Assembly (NCBI GenBank): GCA_044226015.1
Contig: JBGAHS010000005.1
Location: 288,001-352,000 of the forward strand
DNA length: 64,000 nucleotides
Reading direction: 5' to 3'
Origin: Candidatus Obscuribacteraceae bacterium
GTDB taxonomy: Bacteria; Cyanobacteriota; Vampirovibrionia; Obscuribacterales; Obscuribacteraceae
Positions 48,620 through 57,123 of this stretch are shown one piece after another. The position numbers and the translations under genes are program-made. Under the pieces are notes generated by a model. The model made no database searches, was not told where the DNA came from, and saw only the letters and a program-made list of their open reading frames with translations. The first letter of the stretch is position 1, and each line of letters begins with the position of its first letter.

Positions 48620-49747
48620 TTAAAGTGCGTAAGTGTAATTCGGTGGCAATGTGTCGGCTTTGATACCTAGCGATTTTGCTGCGTGATATGGCCAGTGAGC
48701 GTCCCTCATCATTTCGCGCGCAAGAAGCACCAGATCGGCTTTGCCGCTTTTGATAATTTCATTTGCTTGCTGCGCTTCGGTGATCATTCCGACAGCGGCA
48801 GTTGCTATGCCAGCTTGATGTCTGACGGCTTCTGCCAGGGGCACTTGCCAGCCTGGCTGCATATTGTAGCGATCGCCTGCACGAATATTTCCACTGCTGC
48901 AGTCAACAATGTCTACACCCAATGTTTTCAACTCTTGAGCTAATTTAACCGAGTCATCAACAGTCCAACCGCCTTCTACCCAATCACTTGCTGAGATTCG
49001 CACTGACAGAGGCAGGTTCTGCGGCCAGACTTGGCGCACCTTTTCTGTTACTTCGCGAAGAAATCTGGTTCTGTTTTCGAAACTGCCACCATATTCGTCA
49101 TTGCGGTCATTTGCAAGTGGAGAATAGAAGCTATGCAATAAATACCCGTGTGCCCCGTGAATTTCGAGGAATTTGAAACCTGCTTTCTCGGCACGTTTTG
49201 CAGCCTCAACAAATTTTTCTTGAATCTCTTTGATCTCATCAATGCTCAATGCATGTGGAACGCGAGAGTGCTCAGAAAATGGTTTGTTAGTCGGGCCTAC
49301 AACTTCCCATCCACCTTCTTCATCTGATAGTGCTTGTTTGTTATGACGGTCTCCAATTCTCCAGGGGTTCTTTGTCGAAGCTTTTCTGCCAGCGTGCGCA
49401 ATTTGAATTCCAGCGACTGAACCATAATCGCCAATGAATTTTGTAATCTCTCTTAGTTTGCTGATGTGCTCATCCTTGTAGATGCCGAGGTCATCAGGGG
49501 TGATGCGACCACGGGCTTCGACACCCGAAGCTTCGAAGATTATTAGTCCAGCACCACCAACTGCTCTTGCTCCTAGATGCACCAGGTGCCAATCAGACGC
49601 AAATCCATCAGTTGAATTGTACTGACACATAGGAGACACACCAATTCGATTCTTAAAAGTAATCGACCGCAGAGTTAGCGGAGAAAACAGATTGTTTTCT
49701 GTGTCAGTCGATTCAAGATTGCTTTCAGTGACGGAATCAGTCTTCAT
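48620..49747 (-). CDS. namA: NADH:flavin oxidoreductase (old yellow enzyme, YqjM/NamA-like)
   Basis: SPMCQY, QIAHAGRKAS, HGAHGYLLH.F.SP..N.R.DEYGGSFENR. Confidence 0.92.
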   Translation of the reverse strand: MKTDSVTESNLESTDTENNLFSPLTLRSITFKNRIGVSPMCQYNSTDGFASDWHLVHLGARAVGGAGLIIFEASGVEARGRITPDDLGIYKDEHISKLREITKFIGDYGSVAGIQIAHAGRKASTKNPWRIGDRHNKQALSDEEGGWEVVGPTNKPFSEHSRVPHALSIDEIKEIQEKFVEAAKRAEKAGFKFLEIHGAHGYLLHSFYSPLANDRNDEYGGSFENRTRFLREVTEKVRQVWPQNLPLSVRISASDWVEGGWTVDDSVKLAQELKTLGVDIVDCSSGNIRAGDRYNMQPGWQVPLAEAVRHQAGIATAAVGMITEAQQANEIIKSGKADLVLLAREMMRDAHWPYHAAKSLGIKADTLPPNYTYAL

Positions 49748-49801
49748 AAATTAGGCTCCGGAAAATTGAGTTCAGTATATCAATTGGAAGATTAAAAATA
49801 G

Positions 49802-49817
49802 TACCGACCGGTCGGTA
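49802..49817. promoter_or_regulatory. TetR operator candidate 1
   Basis: Perfect 16-bp palindrome TACCGACCGGTCGGTA upstream of the OYE gene. Confidence 0.8.
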
Positions 49818-49880
49818 TGAAATTGGACTGTTTGCCGAAAACACATAACAGGCAGAGTTTTTCAGTGTTTATAGGGTGTC

Positions 49881-49927
49881 TTGACACTTCTCCTTTTCAT
49901 TGATAAATTGGAAACAAACCGATCGGT
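49881..49927 (+). promoter_or_regulatory. Sigma70 promoter of tetR with downstream operator 2
   Basis: TTGACA-17 nt-TAAATT with extended TG, followed by palindrome ACCGATCGGT at 49918-49927. Confidence 0.78.
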
Positions 49928-49938
49928 CTTAAATTCAG

Positions 49939-50535
49939 ATGGCTAAAAAGGGTCAACTTACGAAGGAAAAGATAGTGGAACGAGCAGCCGGCTTGTTTAA
50001 CAGTCTGGGTTATTTCCGAGCATCACTAAGTGATGTTATGCAAGCAACAGGACTGGAAAAAGGCGGTATCTACAACCATTTTCAGAGTAAAGATGATCTG
50101 GCAATAGCTGCATTTGACTACTCGATTGGTTTGGCGGGAGGACGTATTCAAACCATGATTGAAGCAGCGAATACTCCACTGGAACGCCTGTTTGCATTGA
50201 TTGACGGCTTCAATTCATTGGTACAAAACCCGATTTTGCCTGGGGGCTGTCCGCTACTGAACTGTGCCGTCGAAAATGACGATGGCAACCCTATGCTCGG
50301 CGAGCGAGTACGGCAGGCTCTTGAGCGCTTACTCAAGTTGACGGAATCTCTTGCTCAAAGTGCTATCGACGCAGGCGAACTAAATGGCACTCAGACCGCG
50401 AAGCAGATTGCAATATTTCTTGTCTCCTCACTTGAGGGCGGAATAATGGTCAGTAGGCTTCACAACGAGCCAGAGCGGATGAGTTTATTGTGTTCATCAC
50501 TGAAGGAATTCTTGGTTCCTGTCTCGGCAAAATAA
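49939..50535 (+). CDS. TetR/AcrR family regulator (LmrA/YxaF/NemR-like)
   Basis: HTH GLEKGGIYNHF.SKDDL; GGCPLLN motif. Confidence 0.93.
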   Translation: MAKKGQLTKEKIVERAAGLFNSLGYFRASLSDVMQATGLEKGGIYNHFQSKDDLAIAAFDYSIGLAGGRIQTMIEAANTPLERLFALIDGFNSLVQNPILPGGCPLLNCAVENDDGNPMLGERVRQALERLLKLTESLAQSAIDAGELNGTQTAKQIAIFLVSSLEGGIMVSRLHNEPERMSLLCSSLKEFLVPVSAK

Positions 50536-50612
50536 TTAGTTCAAAAAAAGAGCAAATCTTTGCGCCACTACGTGTGGTGCTGACACTTCATTCTAAATTA
50601 AGGAGAATTATC

Positions 50613-51086
50613 ATGAGTCTTGCAGAAGTTGCAGCTAAACAGTCCATTCCGAAAAAAAACGGAAGCAATTACGACCTGATTCACGCAGGAAAGTTTAACG
50701 ACTTGATCCAGTACAGTCTGCCCCATCCCTTACGCCCTGATCCAGTTTTGGGTAAGTTGTTTTTGAAAGATCATCTAAATCTCACTGGAATGCAGGTTTC
50801 GCTGAACAAACTTCCAGCCCACATATCAGTGCCTTTCTATCACAAGCACAAAGCTAATGAAGAGCTGTACATCTTCATCAAAGGCAAGGGGCAAATTCAA
50901 ATAGATGGCGATTCCATCGACGTTGAAGAAGGTACTTGCGTCAGAGTAAGTCCTGCAGGAGAAAGAACCTGGCGTAATAACTCTGATGAGGACCTCTTCT
51001 ACATAGTAATCCAGGCAAAAGTTGCTTCTCTTGATGCGGACACCTTTGAGGATGGCGTAGCTGGTGAAAGACCGGTTTCCTGGTAA
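50613..51086 (+). CDS. Cupin domain protein
   Basis: PFYHKHKANEELYIFIKGKG cupin motif; ATG 50613 after AGGAGA. Confidence 0.9.
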   Translation: MSLAEVAAKQSIPKKNGSNYDLIHAGKFNDLIQYSLPHPLRPDPVLGKLFLKDHLNLTGMQVSLNKLPAHISVPFYHKHKANEELYIFIKGKGQIQIDGDSIDVEEGTCVRVSPAGERTWRNNSDEDLFYIVIQAKVASLDADTFEDGVAGERPVSW

Positions 51087-51298
51087 CCCAGCTCAGGAAA
51101 CTCAGAAGCGATAAAACTTCATCTCCTGTGGATTGAGTCTTCCTGCGGCTCAATCCATGTTCGGGGATGTTTAGAGAAGCCCATGGCAAAAGAGCTGCAT
51201 TGACGCGCTGCTTCCATATTGATTAGATTCGCAACTTGTAGCCAGGCTCTGAGGACAATTAATGCTATTCTAATTGCGCTGGATTGCTGGAGTCGCTT

Positions 51299-52153
51299 AT
51301 GTCGCTTAAGGGCAAAACTTTATTTGTAACTGGTGCATCGCGTGGAATCGGTTATGCTATTGCCCTCCGTGCAGCCGCTGATGGCGCCAACATCATTATT
51401 GCCGCGAAAACAGAAACAGCGCATCCAAAATTGCCAGGCACCATTTATAGTGCCGCTGAGGACTTCGAAAATGCCGGTGCTAAGTCGCTAGCTTTGCCAT
51501 GTGACATAAGGTCAGAAGAGCAGGTTTCGCTGGCGATTTCGCAAGGTGCAGAAAAGTTTGGCGGCATCGATATTCTAATCAATAATGCCAGCGCTATTAA
51601 CTTAACCAACACCGCAGACCTTGATATGAAACGCTACGACCTGATGCAAGATGTGAATGCTCGGGGCACTTACCTCTGCTCAAAGCTGGCCTTACCTTAT
51701 TTGCAGAAGGCTGAGAATCCACATATATTGAACCTTTCGCCGCCTCTGAATCTTGCTGCACACTGGTTCAAGGGTCATGTCGCCTACACCATGGCGAAAT
51801 ATGGTATGAGCATGTGTACTTTAGGAATGTCCGACGAATTTAAAGCCTACGGCATAGCAGTGAATTCGCTGTGGCCAGAAACCGCGATCGCTACAGCTGC
51901 CGTGAAGAATTTATTGGGCGGTGACGAGGCTATTAAAGGCAGTCGCACACCAGAAATAGTCGCCGATGCTGCGTACATCATACTCACTCGAGAGTCGAAG
52001 ACTTGTACTGGTAATTTCTTCTTGGACGTTCAGGTTCTTGACGAAGAAGGCATCACTGATTTTTCCAGATATGCAGTCGAAAAAGGCGCCGCTTTGATAA
52101 GGGACTTCTTCATTGACGATTGGTATATTTTGAAATCAAATCAAAATCAATGA
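51299..52153 (+). CDS. Short-chain dehydrogenase (HSDL2-like)
   Basis: TGASRGIG, AAKT...HPKLPGTI, NNASAI, YTMAKYGMS. Confidence 0.93.
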   Translation: MSLKGKTLFVTGASRGIGYAIALRAAADGANIIIAAKTETAHPKLPGTIYSAAEDFENAGAKSLALPCDIRSEEQVSLAISQGAEKFGGIDILINNASAINLTNTADLDMKRYDLMQDVNARGTYLCSKLALPYLQKAENPHILNLSPPLNLAAHWFKGHVAYTMAKYGMSMCTLGMSDEFKAYGIAVNSLWPETAIATAAVKNLLGGDEAIKGSRTPEIVADAAYIILTRESKTCTGNFFLDVQVLDEEGITDFSRYAVEKGAALIRDFFIDDWYILKSNQNQ

Positions 52154-52214
52154 TTCGCCCGCGTGCGTGAATCAAAGTCAAACTAAAGAATACGCGCAAG
52201 ATCCCTGAGAATCT

Positions 52215-55200
52215 CTAGTGCATCGGTAGCACTGGTATTTGCAAATCTTTCAGTGGGTTGTCTTTTGAATTGCTGTTTGTTGTTGGGAATGGCGGAATCA
52301 AGCGCATATCAGTCTTTGTTTTCTCGCCTTTCTGTTGCTTCGATGAATTAGCAACTGGTATTTCGAGATCATCGGACTTCGTTGCTGCCGACGCTGCGCC
52401 TTCCATGTTGATTAGGGGATCATCCAGTACTGGTGATTTCCAGGAATCATAAACCGCCATAGCAATCTTCGGACTGCAGATATCATTTTCAAGTCCTGAG
52501 ATAGCATTAGCATTCTCTTCCATTCTCAATTGCTCTGGGCTTGGAAGAACTGGCTTGCTGAGTTCAATTCTTGGAGCCTTGCTAGCGACAGTAACGGGGC
52601 TTGCGCTCTGAACCTGAGTCGCCGTCTTCGGCGTAGACTTCACAACTTTGTTGAAATCACTGCTTGGCTGTTGAATCGTTGATTGAATTACTGATGCACT
52701 AGCCAATAAATCGCGGTTCGATGGAACTGCAGGTTTATTGATGTTCGCTTGCGGTTTTGGCGAGCTGTTTGCTGGAACTGAGGCGATACTGCTTGTCTTG
52801 TCTGTGGATGGCTTTACAGCTGCCAGCTCATTCTTCGCAGTTAACTCGGCTGCTGGCTTGCTTGATAACTCTGCTGCTTTCTTAGTTTCAACTTGAGCAA
52901 GCTTAGCTACAACAGCTGTCTCCGATTTCTTAGTTTCAGTCTGTGCAAGCTTAGCTAAAACAGCTGTCTCCGATTTCTTGGTTTCAGCTTGTGCAAGCTT
53001 AGCTACAGCAGCTGCCTCTGGTTTCTTGGTTTCAGCTTGTGCAAGCTTAGCTACAGCAGCTGCCTCTGATTTTATAGTTTCAGTTTGTGCAAGCTTGGAT
53101 GCGGGTGTTTCTGCTTTTGCAGCAACTTTCACTGGCACCTGGTCCATCTTCGCTTCGGAAACTGGAATTGAACCATCCTTATTAGCAATATGCTGAACAG
53201 GTGTAGTCTTTTCTACTGAAGGAGAATCTTCAAGCAGCCTCGATTTCTCAGTCTTCAAAGGAGGAATAATCGATGCCAGGCTTGGTGCTTTTGTAACTGG
53301 TGTTGGAACCGCATTTGGAGTTAAATTGGCTCGGCTAGCCAGAGGTACAGGCTGAGCAAGCTTGTTTGAACCTTTTAGCTGTAGCGCAGGAGCTGACAAC
53401 ACTAAAGACGGTGCCGAGCTATTGCGCTCGATTGGCTGAATCAGTTTACCTGTTGATGCAAGTTCGGGAGCCAGCACTGCTGGAGTCTGCACTCCCGTAG
53501 CATAAGCCAAAGCGGGATGAGAACTTGGTTGTACAGGAGTCGATGCGTGAGACAGCGTGGATGGAACCGCGGCTGGAACAGTTGCCGTAGCTTGAGGAAG
53601 CTTAGCTGCTACTCGGCTTGTTTCCAGGACTTGCGGCAGCCCCCTGACTGTGCTTGTGGTCGGTTTTGGCAACTCAGCCACTGGTGTTGCGGAAGCTACT
53701 GGCTTGGGTGCTGGCGCAGCAATGATTGCATTTGTTGGCGCCTTGAATGCCACCGGAGGCGGTGCAAAGGAAAGTTTGTATTCTTGTTCGTGCTTTTCAG
53801 CAAGCTTTTGGATTTGTTCTGTCTTGGCTTGTGCACCAGCAGAGCTGCTGCTTTCTACAGCTGACTGCACCATATCGTGCAGATCACTGCTGGCGCTGAG
53901 AGTGGGTACTTCAGTTATGTCATTCCAATCAAGTTGGCTCTTACTCAGCTCTGCAATCTTTTCGGCTTGATTAGCTTCATTAACTGCAGTTTTGTTTTGC
54001 TCAGAATTTTTGCTTGATGTCTCCTGAGCTATAACGTCGATAGTTCTGCTGTTGTCGCTAGCAATTGATTGGGTGTCTTGCTTATCTGCAGATTGATACT
54101 TGTTTGCAGCAACGCTTGTGCTAACAGACTTTGCTTCTTCGACTGTCGGAGCTTTAGCCACTACATTTGGTGTCGACTGATCTGAGTCAAGAGACGGTTC
54201 TTCAGCAATGACTGGCATTTCGCCTTCGGGCAATTGACAGGTCTCGGCAAGGGTCGAAGATTCGAGGAAGCCGTGAATAGGTTGAGGATTTTGTGCAATT
54301 GGATGCTCAGGTTCAATTTCAGCAGAGGGCTTAGTCTGTCCGCCAGGATTTTCTTCTCCCTCTTGCTTCAATTGCTCACGAATTTGCTGCAGCGTTGAAG
54401 TCAGCGGCGGCTTTGCCATTGCAAATCTCATACCGAAGAACAAACGGAAGTCCATACCTGCAAGGCTAGGTATGTTGGAAGCATGGAAGTTCCAGATTGG
54501 TTCTGCGCGCACAAATGCTTGAAGACCTGGGTATTGCTTTAGAACTCTTCTTGCAATTTCAAAATCTGAAATGAAGACGTAGCTGTTCTTCGGAGTTGTG
54601 GCGTTGTGGTGGAACGGCTCTCTGAAGTTCTGTACGAACGTCGTTGATGCAGAGAATGTCCAACCGTTTTTCTGGTAAAGTCCACCCCATGTATAAAATG
54701 GATCGATTTCCTTCGTAGGTGCCTGAAACGGAGCTTTACCTCTGGCCTGAATAAGCGCGTTCACGAAAAGGACTGTGCGAGGCGTTGCAATGTACGAGAA
54801 AGTTACACCTGGCAGGAAGTCGAATACTGATTGTTGGTGCAATTGCCAGAGTTCTCTTCCCTGGAACTCGAATTGCAAGCTGCCTTTTGCTCCAACAGGC
54901 ATGTCATGTTGTAAGCCAATCGCATAAGAATGGATGACAGTGTTCAGCCGCATACTGTGTGCGAGCTGGTCGCGAATCATGAAGTAGTTTGTGAACAAGC
55001 GCGTGTGCGGGGTGAATGCCCAGCCACCTGACACGTTGGGCAGGGCACGGAAGACCATGTTGTTGCGTGCTACCTGACCGATGATGTCGTACAAGCTAGC
55101 TTGTTGAGTTTCACTTAGTAAGCGCCACTGTGCTGGTCGTGGCAAATCTGCCATAAGTCTGCGCTTGGTTGGAAACTGAAATGGGTTTGTCTCGTTACGA

Positions 55201-55508
55201 CCCGTGATTTCAACGCTGGACGAAAAATAAAGGTTGGCCGGGAGTCGTTGCATTACTTTCAGCTGCAGAAGCTCTCCGATTGGAGTCTTGTCTGCATCTC
55301 TGTCAGTCAGAGGAACCACGTCTGTCGGCAAAATGGTGGTATTGCCGGCGGTGAGAGGCGTTGCTGCTGCACCGGCACTTGCAGGCGTGGTTTGTGCCAT
55401 CGCCGACAGTGGCAGCAGCGGTGAGATGCCTAAAGCAATTGCCTGGCAGAGCATAATGCTCCGCCAGGGCTGAGTTTTTGAAATCGCTTTTGTGATTCTC
55501 TTTGCCAA
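52215..55508 (-). CDS. Exported protein: putative outer-membrane beta-barrel plus ~730-aa low-complexity tail
   Basis: Signal peptide (AMA-Q); amphipathic beta strands ending FRLFFGMRF; Ser/Ala/Pro/Lys-rich remainder. Confidence 0.65.
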   Translation of the reverse strand: MAKRITKAISKTQPWRSIMLCQAIALGISPLLPLSAMAQTTPASAGAAATPLTAGNTTILPTDVVPLTDRDADKTPIGELLQLKVMQRLPANLYFSSSVEITGRNETNPFQFPTKRRLMADLPRPAQWRLLSETQQASLYDIIGQVARNNMVFRALPNVSGGWAFTPHTRLFTNYFMIRDQLAHSMRLNTVIHSYAIGLQHDMPVGAKGSLQFEFQGRELWQLHQQSVFDFLPGVTFSYIATPRTVLFVNALIQARGKAPFQAPTKEIDPFYTWGGLYQKNGWTFSASTTFVQNFREPFHHNATTPKNSYVFISDFEIARRVLKQYPGLQAFVRAEPIWNFHASNIPSLAGMDFRLFFGMRFAMAKPPLTSTLQQIREQLKQEGEENPGGQTKPSAEIEPEHPIAQNPQPIHGFLESSTLAETCQLPEGEMPVIAEEPSLDSDQSTPNVVAKAPTVEEAKSVSTSVAANKYQSADKQDTQSIASDNSRTIDVIAQETSSKNSEQNKTAVNEANQAEKIAELSKSQLDWNDITEVPTLSASSDLHDMVQSAVESSSSAGAQAKTEQIQKLAEKHEQEYKLSFAPPPVAFKAPTNAIIAAPAPKPVASATPVAELPKPTTSTVRGLPQVLETSRVAAKLPQATATVPAAVPSTLSHASTPVQPSSHPALAYATGVQTPAVLAPELASTGKLIQPIERNSSAPSLVLSAPALQLKGSNKLAQPVPLASRANLTPNAVPTPVTKAPSLASIIPPLKTEKSRLLEDSPSVEKTTPVQHIANKDGSIPVSEAKMDQVPVKVAAKAETPASKLAQTETIKSEAAAVAKLAQAETKKPEAAAVAKLAQAETKKSETAVLAKLAQTETKKSETAVVAKLAQVETKKAAELSSKPAAELTAKNELAAVKPSTDKTSSIASVPANSSPKPQANINKPAVPSNRDLLASASVIQSTIQQPSSDFNKVVKSTPKTATQVQSASPVTVASKAPRIELSKPVLPSPEQLRMEENANAISGLENDICSPKIAMAVYDSWKSPVLDDPLINMEGAASAATKSDDLEIPVANSSKQQKGEKTKTDMRLIPPFPTTNSNSKDNPLKDLQIPVLPMH
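52878..53099 (-). repeat. Intragenic 48-bp tandem repeat (~4.5 copies)
   Basis: Encodes a 16-aa unit of the form AKLAQ(A/T/V)ETKK(S/P)E(A/T)A(A/V)(V/L). Confidence 0.9.
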
Positions 55509-55561
55509 TTGCTCCCCTTTAGCTGAAACAGTGCTGCGGTTAGCAGCCGTAGCGTTTCAGA

Positions 55562-56125
55562 CTATTTAGCGGGAGCCTTTTCTGCTGGCTTTTCAACCGG
55601 AGCGCTAGTTTTCAGTCCAGCTGCTGGAGAGAGTTTCTTCACGAGAGCATCAGTGATGTCTTCGCCGCTAGCGATAATCTTGTCGCCACCGGAATAAACA
55701 CCGGCGCCATCAACAACCAGGTCGAGTCCCTTTTCTTTAGCGACTTGGGCTACTGCACTGGCGATTTGCTGATTAGCAATTTGTTGCTGTGTTTGCACGA
55801 GTTCAATCAATGCTCTTTGCTTTGCGTTGATTTCTGTTTGCAGCTGTTGAGCCATTTTCTCAACTTCTGCTTTTTCTTTCTTTTCTTCTTGAGCTTTTTG
55901 AAGACGCTTGTTGCCTTCTTCGACATCTCTACGCAATTGATTCTCTGCTTGTACTCTCAGTGCCTCAGAGCCAGCAGATTCCGGGTAGGAAGCTTTGACG
56001 AGAGCTAGATTGAAATATCCAACTTTAGCGTTGATTGTGGTTGCAGAACCCGCTGCCATGGCTGCTGGAGCAGCTAGTGAAAGTATTGCTGAAAGAACTG
56101 CAAACTTAGTAAGAGTAGACCTCAT
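55562..56125 (-). CDS. skp: OmpH/Skp periplasmic chaperone
   Basis: Signal peptide; KVGYFN; coiled coil; VAKEKGLDLVVD...DITD..VK; ATG 56125 likely. Confidence 0.85.
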   Translation of the reverse strand: MRSTLTKFAVLSAILSLAAPAAMAAGSATTINAKVGYFNLALVKASYPESAGSEALRVQAENQLRRDVEEGNKRLQKAQEEKKEKAEVEKMAQQLQTEINAKQRALIELVQTQQQIANQQIASAVAQVAKEKGLDLVVDGAGVYSGGDKIIASGEDITDALVKKLSPAAGLKTSAPVEKPAEKAPAK

Positions 56126-56271
56126 TTTTTTACCTGCCAAAAAATTGCCGATGAACGAACGCGACAATTATACACTGGCAATACAAAATGAGCCAGACCT
56201 GAAAACTATGACGGCAACGGATGTCCGAGAAAATATGAGATTTGAAAATTGTGATGTCAGGTGGTTGCGAT

Positions 56272-56751
56272 TTAGCAATACTCTCTCAGCGTAACGAGAG
56301 CTTTTCGACCGATGTACCCGTCACCGTCGAGATGCCAATGGGTTATATCTCCTTCACCAAACTGCCAGCAGAGGTAATACTTGAAATCACCATTGCGAGC
56401 TGGGAAGTCAACAAGTCCGTCTCTGAGCTTTCTTAAAATCACGCCTTTTCCTGTTATCTCGTCGACCCAAGTTTCAAGGCAACGAATAAACTCAGCGCGT
56501 TCTTTTGACAGGTCATTTATTGCTTTTTCGAAATTTGCACGTTGTTTGCGAAATCTGCCGATACCATCATCGGTGTCATCTTCTGGAGCCCCGCTCTCAT
56601 CAAGTTCTTGCTCTGCCTTGAGGTAAATGTCGTTCAAGACCTGCAGTTTGGATGATTTCTTGTCTAGCTCGGAGTTCGCTTTCCGCATTAACTCCGTCAG
56701 TTCTGGTAACAAATTGTTTGCTTCATCAATAGTAAAAAAACGTTCTTCCAT
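56272..56751 (-). CDS. DUF2203 family protein
   Basis: FT.DEAN.LLP N-terminus and GLVDFP...YLCW..GE..I.HWH....G..GR C-terminus. Confidence 0.88.
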   Translation of the reverse strand: MEERFFTIDEANNLLPELTELMRKANSELDKKSSKLQVLNDIYLKAEQELDESGAPEDDTDDGIGRFRKQRANFEKAINDLSKERAEFIRCLETWVDEITGKGVILRKLRDGLVDFPARNGDFKYYLCWQFGEGDITHWHLDGDGYIGRKALVTLREYC

Positions 56752-56911
56752 CGCCTGATCCGCATTTCTAAGAGATATATCCAGTGACTACCTATTGGTA
56801 TGCACATTGCATACCCGGTGTATGGCAACCTCAAGCGACGGTTTCTGCTGGTACTACTTAATTTACGCAATTCTTACGTTCATTCTGCATTGGTTCAATT
56901 TGCCTTAAAGC

Positions 56912-56941
56912 AAAAAAGTCGAGCTGCACCAGCTACGACTT
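56912..56941 (-). terminator. Intrinsic terminator on minus strand, upstream of DUF2203 gene
   Basis: Minus strand AAGTCGTAGCTG-GTG-CAGCTCGAC followed by TTTTTT. Confidence 0.6.
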
Positions 56942-57123
56942 ACTATGTTTCTCTTTTGATAATTCGGAGCCGCCGGCTGGTTAATCTCTCGCACGGCCCA
57001 TACGAAAAAATCCGGCGGCTTCTAATGACAGAATATAACTTCTTGGAATAATGCAACACAGTATTTACCCTAGTTCCCTCTTCTTGACGAGCGGGTCGCA
57101 AAGGGCTTACCATCCTGGTTTAT

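Noticed and set aside
25074..51891. HIP1 (GCGATCGC) sites near 25074, 48868 and 51884
   Set aside because: Only about three noticed by eye in 64 kb, far from the dense enrichment of HIP1-rich cyanobacteria.
52878..53099. Regular repeats as possible CRISPR array
   Set aside because: In-frame tandem units without unique spacers; no cas genes.
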